A DNA stretch of 64,000 nt from Candidatus Limivicinus sp. Lineage in GTDB: Bacteria > Bacillota > Clostridia > Oscillospirales > Oscillospiraceae. The notes under the pieces were generated by a model. It did no database searches. It was not told where the DNA came from and saw only the letters and a list, made by a program, of their open reading frames with translations. The position numbers were made by a program, and so were the translations under genes. The stretch lies in contig JAZQCO010000084.1 in the NCBI GenBank assembly GCA_045546335.1, positions 564 to 64,563 of the forward strand, written 5' to 3'. Below are positions 24,776 to 33,985 of the stretch, one piece after another; position 1 is the stretch's first letter; every line of letters starts with the position of its first letter.

Positions 24776-25813
24776 ATGAGCGGAGAACAAGGACACAGCG
24801 GGCAGTTTGGCTGGGTGCACTGGCTGCGCGTGCTCGCGGCCGCAGCGGTCGTGGCGGTGCACGTCTGCGCCAAGGACTATACCGAACACCCGGTGACCGG
24901 CTCTGCCTGGCAGACAATGGCCGTGATCGAGGTGCTGCTGCGCTGGAGCGTCCCGGTATTCGTGATGATCAGCGGCGCGCTGCTGCTCGATCCCGCGCGG
25001 GAGCTGCCGCTGAAAAAGCTCTTCGGCAAGTATTTCCTGCGCATCCTGACGGCGCTGATCGTCTGGTCGCTCGGCTTTGCGGTGCTCTATATCGGCCTTT
25101 ACCTGAGAGAGGGGCTGCCGGAAATTCTGGAATACGCGCGTGTGGGGCATCCGCACCTGTGGTATCTGTACATGCTGCTGGGGCTGTATCTGGTGACGCC
25201 GCTGCTGCGCGCGCTTGCGCGGGAGAGGGCGCTGCTGCGCTATTTTACAGTGCTTGCGGGCGTGTTTGCGCTGCTGCTGCCGACGCTGGGGCAGTTTGGC
25301 CTCCTGCCGCTGACGCGGTATTTCGCCGGGCGGCTGGAGGTGCATCTTGTGCTGGGCTATACCGGCTACTTCGTCCTCGGACGCCTGCTCGCAACGGCGG
25401 AGACTACAAGGCCGCAGCGCCTGGCGCTCTATGTCCTCGCGCTGCTGGCGACCATCGCCGCCGCGCTGATCGACGGCCTCGGCTCCCTGGCGCGCGGGGA
25501 GATCTATACCCCCTTCGTGAGCGAATTTTCCCCCAACGCCGCGCTGCAGGCTTCGGCGCTGTTCCTGCTGCTGCGCGAGTGCTGCCGGGGACGGGAGACG
25601 CCGCGCCTGATCCGGGCGCTGTCCGGTCTCAGCTTTGGGATCTATCTGCTGCACCCGGTTCCGATCGACCTGCTGCGCCGCTTCTGCGGTCTGGGCACAC
25701 TGACCGTGCACCCGCTGCTCTCGGTGCCGCTGATCACGCTGCTGAGCGTCGCCTTCTCCGCAGCGGTCACGGCGGTGATGAAGAAAATCCCCATCCTCAA
25801 AAATCTGGTTTAG
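24776..25813 (+). CDS. acyltransferase family 3 (integral membrane O-acyltransferase)
   Basis: 345-aa polytopic ORF with an AGGAGAGAG RBS. WLRVLAAAAVVAVH...WSVPVFVMISGALLL is typical of Acyl_transf_3 proteins. Confidence 0.8.
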   Translation: MSGEQGHSGQFGWVHWLRVLAAAAVVAVHVCAKDYTEHPVTGSAWQTMAVIEVLLRWSVPVFVMISGALLLDPARELPLKKLFGKYFLRILTALIVWSLGFAVLYIGLYLREGLPEILEYARVGHPHLWYLYMLLGLYLVTPLLRALARERALLRYFTVLAGVFALLLPTLGQFGLLPLTRYFAGRLEVHLVLGYTGYFVLGRLLATAETTRPQRLALYVLALLATIAAALIDGLGSLARGEIYTPFVSEFSPNAALQASALFLLLRECCRGRETPRLIRALSGLSFGIYLLHPVPIDLLRRFCGLGTLTVHPLLSVPLITLLSVAFSAAVTAVMKKIPILKNLV

Positions 25814-25823
25814 GAGATATACT

Positions 25824-27008
25824 ATGCAGGATCTGATTCTACTCAAGCTCGGTGAGATCGTCCTCAAGGGGCTCAACCGCCGCAGCTTTGAACAAAAGCT
25901 CATGGGCAACATCCGCCGCCGCCTCGTCGGCCTTGGAAAATTCAAGGTGACGTGCCTGCAATCGACCGTGTACGTCGAGGCCGAGAGCGAGGACGCCGAT
26001 CTCGACGCCGCCTTCGAGGCCTTGCAGGACGTGTTCGGCGTGGTGAAGCTCACCCGCGCCCGCGCATGCGAGAAGGACAAGGACGCCATCACGCGCCTTG
26101 CCATCGAGTATCTGCGCGAGGATATGCTGCGCGCGAAGAGCTTCAAGGTCGAGTCCAAGCGCAGCGACAAGAGCTTCCCCATGACCTCCATCGAGCTGAG
26201 CCAGTACGTCGGCGGCGAGCTCGCCGAGGCCTTCCCGAACTGCGCGGTCGAGGTCCATACCCCCGAGCTCACCGTCGTGATCGAGGTGCGCGACCTCGCC
26301 GCCTACGTCCACGCCCAGCCCATTCACGGCGCGGGCGGGATGCCCGTCGGCTCCAACGGCGTCGCCGTGACGCTGCTCTCCGGCGGCATCGACAGCCCCG
26401 TTTCCAGCTACATGATCGCAAAGCGCGGCGTGCGCCTCATTCCGGTACACTTCTTCTCCTTCCCCTACACCTCGCAGCAGGCAAAGGACAAAGTGGTGGA
26501 GCTGGGGAGGATTCTGACCAGATTTTGCGGCAAAATGACCATGGAAGTGGTGCCGTTTACCCACATTCAGGAGGAAATCCGGGACAAGTGCCCGGAGGAG
26601 TATTTCACGCTCATCATGCGCCGCTTCATGATGCGCATTGCCGAGCGCATCGCCGAGGGCACGGGGGCGAAGGCCATCGTAACCGGCGAGAACCTCGGTC
26701 AGGTCGCGAGCCAGACTATGGAGGCCATGGCCTCGACCCAGGCGGTGATGAAGCTGCCGGTACTCCAGCCGCTGATCGGCATGGACAAGGAGGAGATCGT
26801 GCAGCTCTCGCGCCGGATCGGCACCTTTGACACCTCGATTTTGCCCTATGAGGACTGCTGCACGGTCTTCACGCCGCGCCATCCCCGCACGCGCCCGAAG
26901 CTCCACGAGGTCGAGGCCGCCGAGGCGAAGCTGGATGTACAGGCGCTGGTCGAGGAGGCGCTGCAGGGGATCGAAAGGATCGAGCTGAGGCATGAAGAGA
27001 CAGTATAA
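25824..27008 (+). CDS. thiI: tRNA 4-thiouridine(8) synthase ThiI (short form without rhodanese domain)
   Basis: 394-aa ORF. N-terminal ferredoxin-like/THUMP region (LKLGEIVLKGLNR) and PP-loop LLSGGIDSPV. Confidence 0.9.
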   Translation: MQDLILLKLGEIVLKGLNRRSFEQKLMGNIRRRLVGLGKFKVTCLQSTVYVEAESEDADLDAAFEALQDVFGVVKLTRARACEKDKDAITRLAIEYLREDMLRAKSFKVESKRSDKSFPMTSIELSQYVGGELAEAFPNCAVEVHTPELTVVIEVRDLAAYVHAQPIHGAGGMPVGSNGVAVTLLSGGIDSPVSSYMIAKRGVRLIPVHFFSFPYTSQQAKDKVVELGRILTRFCGKMTMEVVPFTHIQEEIRDKCPEEYFTLIMRRFMMRIAERIAEGTGAKAIVTGENLGQVASQTMEAMASTQAVMKLPVLQPLIGMDKEEIVQLSRRIGTFDTSILPYEDCCTVFTPRHPRTRPKLHEVEAAEAKLDVQALVEEALQGIERIELRHEETV

Positions 27009-28251
27009 CACCGAAATCCTCTCCGTCGGCACCGAGCTGCTGTTGGGGCACGTCACGAACACCGACGCGCGCGACGTGTCGGAGCTGCTGTCAAAGATCG
27101 GAGTGAACGTGCGCTATCACACAGTTGTGGGCGATAACCCCGCGCGTCTGCGCGCGTGTGTGGAGCTTGCGAAGAGCCGCGCCGATATCATCATCACGAC
27201 CGGCGGCCTCGGCCCGACCTGCGACGATCTGACCAAGCAGATCCTCGCCGAAGCCTTCTCCCTGCCGCTGGTGGAAAACCGCGCGGAGCGCGAGGGGCTG
27301 TACGAGTATATCCGGGGCGGGAAGGCGTTCAGCCCCAACAATCTCTCCCAGGCGCTGATCCCGGAGGGCGCGACGGTATTCCACAACCGCTGGGGCACCG
27401 CGCCGGGCTGCGCCTTTGAAAAGGACGGCAAGATCGTGCTGCTGCTCCCCGGACCGCCGAATGAGTGCGTCCCGATGTTCCGGGAGTACGGCCTGCCGTA
27501 TCTGAGGCGGCTCTCGGACGAGCAGATCGTCTCGCATTCGGTGAACATCTTCGGCATGGGCGAGAGCGCGGTGGATCAGATTTTCCGCGACAGGATGAAC
27601 GCCATGCAAAATCCGACCATGGCGCCCTATGCCAAGGAGTGCGACTGCCTCTTGCAGATCACCGCCAAGGCGGAGAGCGAGGCGGCGGCGGAGGCGATGA
27701 TCGCCCCGGTGCTCGCCGAGGTGCGTGAGCGGCTGGGCGATGTGGTCTACGGCATGGATGTGGAGTCGCTCGAACAGGCGCTGCTGCCGATGCTGAAAGA
27801 GCGGGGGCTGCATTTTGCCGCGGCGGAGAGCTGCACGGGCGGGGATATCGCCCGGCGCATCACAGAGCTGCCCGGCGCGAGCGCGGTGTTCCTCGGCGGC
27901 TGCGTGACCTATACGAACGAGGCGAAGGCGCGTCTGCTCGGGATCGAGCCCGCGCTGATCGAGGCGCACGGCGCTGTGAGCGAGCCGGTGGCGCGCGAGA
28001 TGGCCGAGCGCGTCCGCGCCCTCACCGGGGCGGAGATCGGCCTCGGTGTGACGGGGCTCGCCGGGCCGGACGGCGATGGCGTGAACCCGGTCGGGACGGT
28101 GTTCGTCTCGATGGCGGTCGAGGGGCAGACCTTCGTCCGAGCGCTTAGCCTCGGGGAGAAGCGCACGCGCTCCTTTATCCGCCGCATGGCGGGCAACCAC
28201 GCCTTCGACATGATGCGCCGCTGGCTCACGGGACTGGCGGTAGTGGAATAA
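26992..28251 (+). CDS. cinA: CinA-family competence/damage-inducible protein (MoCF-binding domain plus NMN amidohydrolase PncC-like domain)
   Basis: 419-aa ORF. IITTGGLGPTCDDLT (MoCF/MoeA-like domain) and AAAESCTGGDIA (CinA C-terminal domain). Confidence 0.9.
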   Translation: MKRQYNTEILSVGTELLLGHVTNTDARDVSELLSKIGVNVRYHTVVGDNPARLRACVELAKSRADIIITTGGLGPTCDDLTKQILAEAFSLPLVENRAEREGLYEYIRGGKAFSPNNLSQALIPEGATVFHNRWGTAPGCAFEKDGKIVLLLPGPPNECVPMFREYGLPYLRRLSDEQIVSHSVNIFGMGESAVDQIFRDRMNAMQNPTMAPYAKECDCLLQITAKAESEAAAEAMIAPVLAEVRERLGDVVYGMDVESLEQALLPMLKERGLHFAAAESCTGGDIARRITELPGASAVFLGGCVTYTNEAKARLLGIEPALIEAHGAVSEPVAREMAERVRALTGAEIGLGVTGLAGPDGDGVNPVGTVFVSMAVEGQTFVRALSLGEKRTRSFIRRMAGNHAFDMMRRWLTGLAVVE

Positions 28252-28301
28252 CTAATAAATAATAATTAATAACTAATAATTATGGTGTCCGCTGCGCGGA
28301 C
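28247..28301. repeat. partial family B element (copy B4)
   Basis: A TAA-rich run (AATAACTAATAAATAATAATTAATAACTAATAATTA) followed by GTCCGC-TGC-GCGGAC (28287..28301). That hairpin is identical to the one at 13172..13186, including the preceding GT and the following GGATTGAAA-like motif. No T-rich right arm. Confidence 0.55.
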
Positions 28302-28307
28302 GGATTG

Positions 28308-28349
28308 AAAAAGGAGAGGGGCTGCTGTTCGCAGCTCCTCTCCGGTTTT
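28308..28349. terminator. bidirectional terminator between cinA (+) and the ABC gene (-)
   Basis: AAAAA-GGAGAGGGGCTGC-TGTTC-GCAGCTCCTCTCC-GGTTTT: a 13-bp stem. Confidence 0.75.
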
Positions 28350-28352
28350 CCT

Positions 28353-31286
28353 TTATTCCGTTCTCAGCGCTTCGACCGGGTCCTTCTTCGCGGCAAGACC
28401 TGAGGGGATCAGCCCCGCGATATAGGTCAGCAGGACGCTGATGAACACCAGCCCCGCCGCGCCCTCGACAGGCAGGGTGGAGTTGAGCGCCATGATGCCC
28501 GTGAGATCGTGGACGATGATGTTGATCGGGATATTCAGCAGCGCCGTCGTGCCGATGCCGATCGCCCCGGCGAAGAAGCCGATGATGAAGGTCTCGGCGT
28601 TGAAGACGCGCGACACGTCCTTCTTCGAGGCGCCGATGGCGCGGAGAATGCCGATCTCCTTCGTGCGCTCGAGCACGCTGATGTAGGTGATAATACCGAT
28701 CATAATGGAGGAGACCACGAGGGAGATGGCCACAAAGGCGATCAGCACATAGCTGATGACCTTGATGATGTTGGTGATCGAGCTCATCAGCAGCGCCACG
28801 ACGTCGGTGTAGCTGATCTGATCGTCCTCGCTCACGCTCTCGTTGTAGTGCTCGATGGCGTCGGCGATGGCGTCCTTGTTCTCGAAGGTGGCGGCATAGA
28901 TGTTGATGACGCTCGGGGCGGCGAGATCGGCGTAGCCGAGCTTCTTGAGCGAGTCGCGCAGCGTACTGGTGGAATAAACCGGCGGCATGGCGTTCTCGTA
29001 GATCCAGAGGTAGTCGTCCTCGTCGAGATCGAGCAGCGTAAAGTCGTGCGCCAGCTCCTTGTCGGAGAGCTGCCGGTAGATCGCCCCCATCTGGACGGCG
29101 TACTGCTGCCGAATCTGCTCGCCCGCCATCTGGCGGATGTAGTCGAAGAGCATATCGTCGTTCATCTGCGAGAGCATGGAGGCGTATTCGGGATAGGTTT
29201 TCAGCACCATCTCCTCGATGTCCTCGCGCGTGGTGCCCTCGAGCTGCTCATCGAGCATCTCTGTGAGATACTCCTCGTCCGGCTCGCACATGAGCTTGAC
29301 GTAGATCTCCGCGAGCGTCGCCTCGTCGGCCTCGGCGAGATAGTCCCGCGCGGCCTGCTCCTTCTTCGCGTTGGTGAGCGCCTTGTCGTCATTGTCGAGG
29401 AAGGGGAGCCCCGTGAATACGTCATGCGCCGGATCGTCGAGCTGCCTGCGCACCAGCTCCTTCTGCGCGCTCTCCTCCAGGATATGCTCGACCAGTGCGT
29501 GCGTGTAGCCCACAGCGCCGGTGGCGCCGCCGCCCAGCGCGTCGCTGTTCGGACGAAGGACACCGACGATGCGCACCTCGAGACCATTATTATATAAGGT
29601 ACGCAACCCCAGCTCCTCCTCGGAGAGGTCGATATACGCGCCGCTCTCCTCGTCCCAGCGATACTTGTCCGCCGCGAAGATGTAGCGGAAGGTGAGACGG
29701 CACATCTCCTCGTAGCTCCAACTCTCGAGCGAGGTGTCCATCGCCTCGGCGGCGATGAGCGCGTCCATGTTCTCAGCGATGCTGTCGGTGGACTTGAGGC
29801 CGAGCGAATAGAGCACCAGGTCGGAGATCTCGTTGTCCTCGTTCACGATCAGCATGACCTCGTCATAGCGGCGCGGCCAGTGCCCGTAGAGCAGATCGTA
29901 CTGCTTGCTGAGCAGGGGACTGACCAGCTCGCCGTCCTCGCCCGAGAGCAGCTCCTGCCAGATATCCATGGTGGAGAACATCTGCCCGTAGGTCGAGAAG
30001 TAGCTGCTGTAGTCCCCGCCGAAGGAGGCGGACATGGCGGTGGTGATGATCTGCACCGCGTCGGTTTTGGCGATATGCCCGTTCTCGTCCTCGGCGTAGG
30101 GGGTCATGTCGATATCGTAGGAGTACTGCACGGAGCTGATATACGGCGCGGCCTCGCCGTTTTCATCCTCCAGCCAGGCGCGGAAGGCGCGCAGGTTGTT
30201 CGTCTCCGTGTCGGCGGTGACGAAGGAGTTGATCATCGAGTAGAGCACCTTGCTCGAATAGACCGCGTCGCGCTCGTGCTGGTTGGCCTCTACGTCCGCC
30301 TGTACGCCCATGAAGGAGGTCATCATGCTGCTCATGTCCATCGCCTCGGCGCGGATGGTGATGGGATAGCTCGAGAGCGTGTCCTCCTGCACCTTGTCGA
30401 TGTAGTTTTGTATGCCGGTGGACAGCGAGAGGATCAGCGCGATGCCGATGATACCGATGCTCCCGGCAAAGGAGGTCAGCAGCGTGCGCGCTTTCTTGGT
30501 CATCAGGTTGTTGGTGGAGAGCCCCAGCGCCGTGAAGAGCCCCATCGAGGTGTGCTGCTTCTTCTCCCGGCGGCGCTTCCTGACCGGGGCGGGTGTCTCG
30601 GGCGGCGCCTCATAGGGGTCGCTGTCGTCCACGATCAGCCCGTCGCGCAGTCGGATGATGCGGCTGGCATAGCCGACGGCGAGCTCGGGGTTGTGTGTGA
30701 CCATAATGATGAGCTTGTCCCGCGAGATCTCCTTGAGCAGCTCCATGATCTGCACGGAGGTGTCGGAGTCGAGCGCACCGGTGGGCTCGTCGGCGAGGAG
30801 GATGTCGGGATTGTTGACCAGCGCGCGGGCGATGGCGACGCGTTGCATCTGACCGCCGGACATCTGGTTGGGCTTCTTGTGGAGCTGGTCGCCCAGCCCG
30901 ACCTTCGTGAGCGCCTCGGCGGCGCGACGGCGGCGTTCCGCTTTGCCGACGCCCGAGAGCGTCAGCGCAAGCTCGACGTTCGCGAGCACCGTCTGGTGCG
31001 GGATCAGGTTGTACGACTGGAAGACGAAGCCGATGGAGTGGTTGCGGTAGCTGTCCCAGTCGGCGTCGGTGAAGTTCTTGGTGGACTTGCCTCGGATCAC
31101 CAGGTCGCCCGCCGTGTACTGGTCGAGGCCGCCGATGATGTTCAGCAGCGTCGTCTTGCCGCAGCCGGAGTGGCCGAGTATGGCGACAAATTCACTCTCC
31201 CGGAAGCAGAGATCGACCCCCTTGAGGGCGTGGACGGTCGTCTCTCCGGCCATATAGTCCTTTTGAATGTGTTTGAGCGTCAGCAT
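28353..31286 (-). CDS. fused ABC transporter: ATP-binding domain plus MacB/FtsX-type permease with a large extracytoplasmic domain
   Basis: Start at MLTLKHIQKDY (ATG at 31286). Walker A GHSGCGKTT, signature MSGGQMQRV and Walker B ILLADEPT. Then a TM helix, about 550 aa of soluble region, and a C-terminal FtsX-like 3-TM bundle. The longer ORF-track start (31385) overlaps the tRNA gene. Confidence 0.85.
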   Translation of the reverse strand: MLTLKHIQKDYMAGETTVHALKGVDLCFRESEFVAILGHSGCGKTTLLNIIGGLDQYTAGDLVIRGKSTKNFTDADWDSYRNHSIGFVFQSYNLIPHQTVLANVELALTLSGVGKAERRRRAAEALTKVGLGDQLHKKPNQMSGGQMQRVAIARALVNNPDILLADEPTGALDSDTSVQIMELLKEISRDKLIIMVTHNPELAVGYASRIIRLRDGLIVDDSDPYEAPPETPAPVRKRRREKKQHTSMGLFTALGLSTNNLMTKKARTLLTSFAGSIGIIGIALILSLSTGIQNYIDKVQEDTLSSYPITIRAEAMDMSSMMTSFMGVQADVEANQHERDAVYSSKVLYSMINSFVTADTETNNLRAFRAWLEDENGEAAPYISSVQYSYDIDMTPYAEDENGHIAKTDAVQIITTAMSASFGGDYSSYFSTYGQMFSTMDIWQELLSGEDGELVSPLLSKQYDLLYGHWPRRYDEVMLIVNEDNEISDLVLYSLGLKSTDSIAENMDALIAAEAMDTSLESWSYEEMCRLTFRYIFAADKYRWDEESGAYIDLSEEELGLRTLYNNGLEVRIVGVLRPNSDALGGGATGAVGYTHALVEHILEESAQKELVRRQLDDPAHDVFTGLPFLDNDDKALTNAKKEQAARDYLAEADEATLAEIYVKLMCEPDEEYLTEMLDEQLEGTTREDIEEMVLKTYPEYASMLSQMNDDMLFDYIRQMAGEQIRQQYAVQMGAIYRQLSDKELAHDFTLLDLDEDDYLWIYENAMPPVYSTSTLRDSLKKLGYADLAAPSVINIYAATFENKDAIADAIEHYNESVSEDDQISYTDVVALLMSSITNIIKVISYVLIAFVAISLVVSSIMIGIITYISVLERTKEIGILRAIGASKKDVSRVFNAETFIIGFFAGAIGIGTTALLNIPINIIVHDLTGIMALNSTLPVEGAAGLVFISVLLTYIAGLIPSGLAAKKDPVEALRTE

Positions 31287-31299
31287 GGGAGTTCCTTTC

Positions 31300-31328
31300 T
31301 TGACAGAAGCGCTAACTTGCGGTAGAAT
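31300..31328 (+). promoter_or_regulatory. sigma-A promoter of tRNA-Arg
   Basis: TTGACA-17 nt-TAGAAT, ending 12 nt upstream of the mature tRNA 5' end. Confidence 0.7.
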
Positions 31329-31340
31329 ATACAAGCAATA

Positions 31341-31417
31341 GCCCACGTAGCTCACCAGGATAGAGCGTGCGCCTCCTAAGCGCAAGGTAGTGAGTTCGAG
31401 TCTCGCCGTGGGTGCCA
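31341..31417 (+). tRNA. tRNA-Arg (anticodon CCU)
   Basis: Hand-folded 77-nt cloverleaf. Acceptor GCCCACG/CGTGGGT (G1-U72 wobble), D stem GCTC/GAGC, anticodon stem TGCGC/GCGCA with loop CT-CCT-AA, 5-nt variable loop, T stem GTGAG/CTCGC with loop TTCGAGT, discriminator G and an encoded CCA. Confidence 0.9.
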
Positions 31418-31420
31418 GAT

Positions 31421-31453
31421 GTGCCGCAGGGCTTGCCTTGCGGCACGCTTTTT
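31421..31453 (+). terminator. intrinsic terminator of the tRNA-Arg transcript
   Basis: GTGCCGCAGG-GCTTG-CCTTGCGGCAC followed by GCTTTTT. Confidence 0.8.
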
Positions 31454-31541
31454 GTATTCTAGCACAAGCGCGCAGGATATTTCTACACTATTTTATTAAC
31501 AGAAGCAGGGGAACGCAAAAAAGCGTTCCCCTGTTGAAGTC

Positions 31542-32138
31542 TCACCGGTCGAAGGCCGGGTTCGTGGCGTAGAAGTTCTTCTCGTTCAGCCGCTCGGTCG
31601 TGCGCCGCAGCGCCTCGCCGAAGCGCTGATAGTGTACGATCTCACGCTCGCGCAGGTAGCGCATGACGTTGTTCACGTCGGGGTCGTCGCTCAAGCGCAG
31701 GATGTTGTCGTAGGTGACGCGCGCCTTCTGCTCGGCGGCCAGATCCTCGCTGAGATCGGCGATCGGGTCGCCCTTGACCTGCATGCTCGCCGCCGTCCAC
31801 GGAAAGCCCGAGGCCGCTGTCGGATAGACCCCGGCGGTGTGATCGACGAAGTAGGGATCGAGGCCGGCCTTCTTGATCTCCGCCGGGCTCATCTCCCGCG
31901 TGAGCTGGTGCACGACCGCCGCGACCATCTCCAGGTGCCCCAGCTCCTCTACGCCGATGTCGGTCAGCAGCCCCTTGAGCTCGGGGTAGGGCATGGAGTA
32001 GCGCTGGCTCAGATAGCGCATCGAAGCGCCAAGCTCCCCGTCCGGCCCACCGTATTGGCTGATGATGAACTTCGCAAGGGCGGGGTTCGGGGTCTTGATG
32101 CGCACGGGGTATTGCAGCTTCTTCTCATACACGAACAT
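31542..32138 (-). CDS. cotJC: manganese catalase-family spore coat protein CotJC
   Basis: 198-aa ORF with an AAGGAGGG RBS. YPVRIKTPNPALAKFIISQYGGPDGELGASMRYLSQRY and GVEELGHLEM (ferritin-like di-metal site) as in CotJC. Confidence 0.9.
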   Translation of the reverse strand: MFVYEKKLQYPVRIKTPNPALAKFIISQYGGPDGELGASMRYLSQRYSMPYPELKGLLTDIGVEELGHLEMVAAVVHQLTREMSPAEIKKAGLDPYFVDHTAGVYPTAASGFPWTAASMQVKGDPIADLSEDLAAEQKARVTYDNILRLSDDPDVNNVMRYLREREIVHYQRFGEALRRTTERLNEKNFYATNPAFDR

Positions 32139-32140
32139 AC

Positions 32141-32581
32141 TCAGCCCTCCTTTCCTGCCCTGTACTCCCAGGGCCAGGGGCTGTCAAGCCAAGTGTAGCG
32201 CTCCGCCGAGAGCATATCGCTCTGGCGGATCGGTCCGCAGGTGCGGACATAGCGCTCGCGCGCCTCCTGCTGCAGGGCGAGCATCGTCTGATAGAGCGCA
32301 AACGCCTCCCCGTCCTCGGGGTGCGTATCGAGATACAGCTCCAACTCATCGGCGACGAAGTCGATCGCCATCAGCTCCGTCAAGGGCGTGGCGGGCAGCT
32401 CGTCGTTGATGAGGTTCATAAAGGGCAGATCCAGACCGGGGAAGAGCGTGCCCCGGCTCAGGGATTCCCCGGCCTCGTAGCTGGGGGAGACGGATGCCTG
32501 CATCGGCACATAGGCCATCGCAAGCGGCGCGGGATTCGGCAGACTCCCCAGTCCCTCGGGTGTAGGACGCCGTTGATTCAA
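32141..32581 (-). CDS. CotJA-CotJB fusion (spore coat-associated protein)
   Basis: Proposed TTG start at 32581, 7 nt after GGAGG. The N-terminal LAMAYVPMQ...SLSRGTLFPGLDLPF resembles CotJA. The C-terminal IDFVADELELYLDTHPED...SPWPWE resembles CotJB. It is a single frame with no stop. The upstream part of the ORF-track frame runs through the SASP terminator. Confidence 0.6.
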   Translation of the reverse strand: MNQRRPTPEGLGSLPNPAPLAMAYVPMQASVSPSYEAGESLSRGTLFPGLDLPFMNLINDELPATPLTELMAIDFVADELELYLDTHPEDGEAFALYQTMLALQQEARERYVRTCGPIRQSDMLSAERYTWLDSPWPWEYRAGKEG

Positions 32582-32663
32582 ATCAATGCCTCCGGGATAA
32601 AACGATTTCGGATAGCTGCGCCATCCGAAACAGTCTATGTAAGGGCGCGGAAAAGGGTTCACG

Positions 32664-32698
32664 AAAAAGCAGCGGGAGAGCACAGGCTCTCCCGCTGC
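32664..32698 (-). terminator. intrinsic terminator of the SASP gene
   Basis: Minus strand reads GCAGCGGGAGAG-CCTGTG-CTCTCCCGCTGC followed by TTTTT. Confidence 0.8.
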
Positions 32699-32710
32699 CA
32701 AGCAGGGGGC

Positions 32711-32911
32711 TTACTTCATGCCGTTCTCGTAGGCCTCGATCATCTTCTTGACCATCTGGCCGCCGACGGAACCGGCCTGACGGCTGGTGAGGTCGCCGTT
32801 ATAGCCCTCCTTCAGGTTCACGCCGACCTGAGAAGCGGCCTCCATCTTGAACTTATCCATGGCCTCACGGGCGGCGGGGTTGACAAGATGATTGCTGGAA
32901 TTGTTGGACAT
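32711..32911 (-). CDS. alpha/beta-type small acid-soluble spore protein
   Basis: 66-aa product from the ATG at 32911 (RBS AAAGGAGA). MDKFKMEAASQVGV and SRQAGSVGGQMVKKMIE match the two conserved SASP blocks. Confidence 0.9.
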   Translation of the reverse strand: MSNNSSNHLVNPAAREAMDKFKMEAASQVGVNLKEGYNGDLTSRQAGSVGGQMVKKMIEAYENGMK

Positions 32912-33069
32912 CAGATTGCATCTCCTTTCCATCAGATTGGGACGGACTTCACGCCGTCCCGATCCTCTGGATCAGCACGCCGCTTCCGTCCGCACATAGC
33001 TTGTGCGCTGCGGCGCGAGATATGCAAAAGCGCCTCTGGAAAGATTTTGAAAGATGGCGCGCTTTGCCG

Positions 33070-33098
33070 TTGCAAACCACGCGCGGCTGTGTTAGTAT
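33070..33098 (+). promoter_or_regulatory. putative promoter of trxA
   Basis: TTGCAA-17 nt-TAGTAT, about 50 nt upstream of the trxA ATG. Confidence 0.4.
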
Positions 33099-33149
33099 AG
33101 AGCTATACTGTGCAAACTAAGGATACAGTATGTGAAAGGAGATTAAATC

Positions 33150-33461
33150 ATGGCTGAAATTATTTTGACCGAGAGTAATTTTGAGCAGGAAGTGCTGAAA
33201 TCCGAGATCCCCGTGCTGGTGGACTTCTGGGCGACCTGGTGCGGCCCCTGCCGTATGCTGGCTCCCACCATCGCCAAGATCGCCGAGGAGCGGGAAGGTT
33301 CCGTGAAGGTCGGCAAGATCGACGTGGACGAGCAGCCGGAGCTCGCAGCGAAGTACGGCATCTCGAGCATCCCGACGCTGATGGTCTTCAAAAACGGCGA
33401 GCGCGTCAAGGCCTCCGTCGGCGTGCAGCCCAAGGCCGCCATCGAGGCGATGCTCCAGTAA
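33150..33461 (+). CDS. trxA: thioredoxin
   Basis: 103-aa [21 protein letters not shown] (WCGPC active site) and [14 protein letters not shown]. Confidence 0.95.
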   Translation: MAEIILTESNFEQEVLKSEIPVLVDFWATWCGPCRMLAPTIAKIAEEREGSVKVGKIDVDEQPELAAKYGISSIPTLMVFKNGERVKASVGVQPKAAIEAMLQ

Positions 33462-33505
33462 GGAGCCGTCCGGGCGGCGCACGGAACAGGCAGGAGGAAA
33501 GGCAT

Positions 33506-33742
33506 ATGAAATGTCCCCGCTGCGGCAGCGAGATGGTGCTCGACTCGCATCGCAAGATCCCTCTGAATATGTGCTATGACTGCGGCTATATCGAAGGCCG
33601 AGCTGTAGAGAACGTCAGCGGCAAGAGCAATTTCGAGCGTATGCGCGCCCTCGACCTCAACGAGATGGCGGCGTTCCTCGCCGCCGGGCTCGGCGTGGAC
33701 GAGGCGAAGGCCGCCGACTGGCTCGGCGAGAGCCTGGAATAA
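33506..33742 (+). CDS. small zinc-ribbon protein (hypothetical)
   Basis: ATG at 33506 after AGGAGGAAAGG. 78 aa with CPRCGS...CYDCG (a four-Cys ribbon). The longer ORF-track frame overlaps trxA. Confidence 0.55.
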   Translation: MKCPRCGSEMVLDSHRKIPLNMCYDCGYIEGRAVENVSGKSNFERMRALDLNEMAAFLAAGLGVDEAKAADWLGESLE

Positions 33743-33873
33743 GGAACAAAAAGCAGACAGCGGTTTTGTCCAATGTGACGAAGCGCTGTCTGCCCCTGTT
33801 TTTGCCCACAATTCTTTACTGCTTTGCACCGGAAAAGCAAGAGAAGGCAAAAAATAGGAAAAAATCGCAGAAA

Positions 33874-33928
33874 ATTCGCTGTCAGTGAAGAATAATGCAC
33901 TGACAGCCTATACTTTTTTACAGCGAAT
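33874..33928. promoter_or_regulatory. nested palindromes upstream of the XRE gene 33986..34222 (candidate operator)
   Basis: CTGTCAGTG-N10-CACTGACAG (33879..33906) nested within ATTCGCTGT ... ACAGCGAAT (33874..33882 and 33920..33928). Confidence 0.45.
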
Positions 33929-33985
33929 CAATGTAAAATTAAAGAACATTCCTGATGCGCTCCTGCGATCAACTTGAGGTGTGAA

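Noticed and set aside
31287-31385. The N-terminal extension of the ABC gene ORF to 31385.
   Set aside because: The extension overlaps the tRNA-Arg gene and its promoter. The ATG at 31286 gives the canonical ABC N-terminus (MLTLKHIQKDY...).
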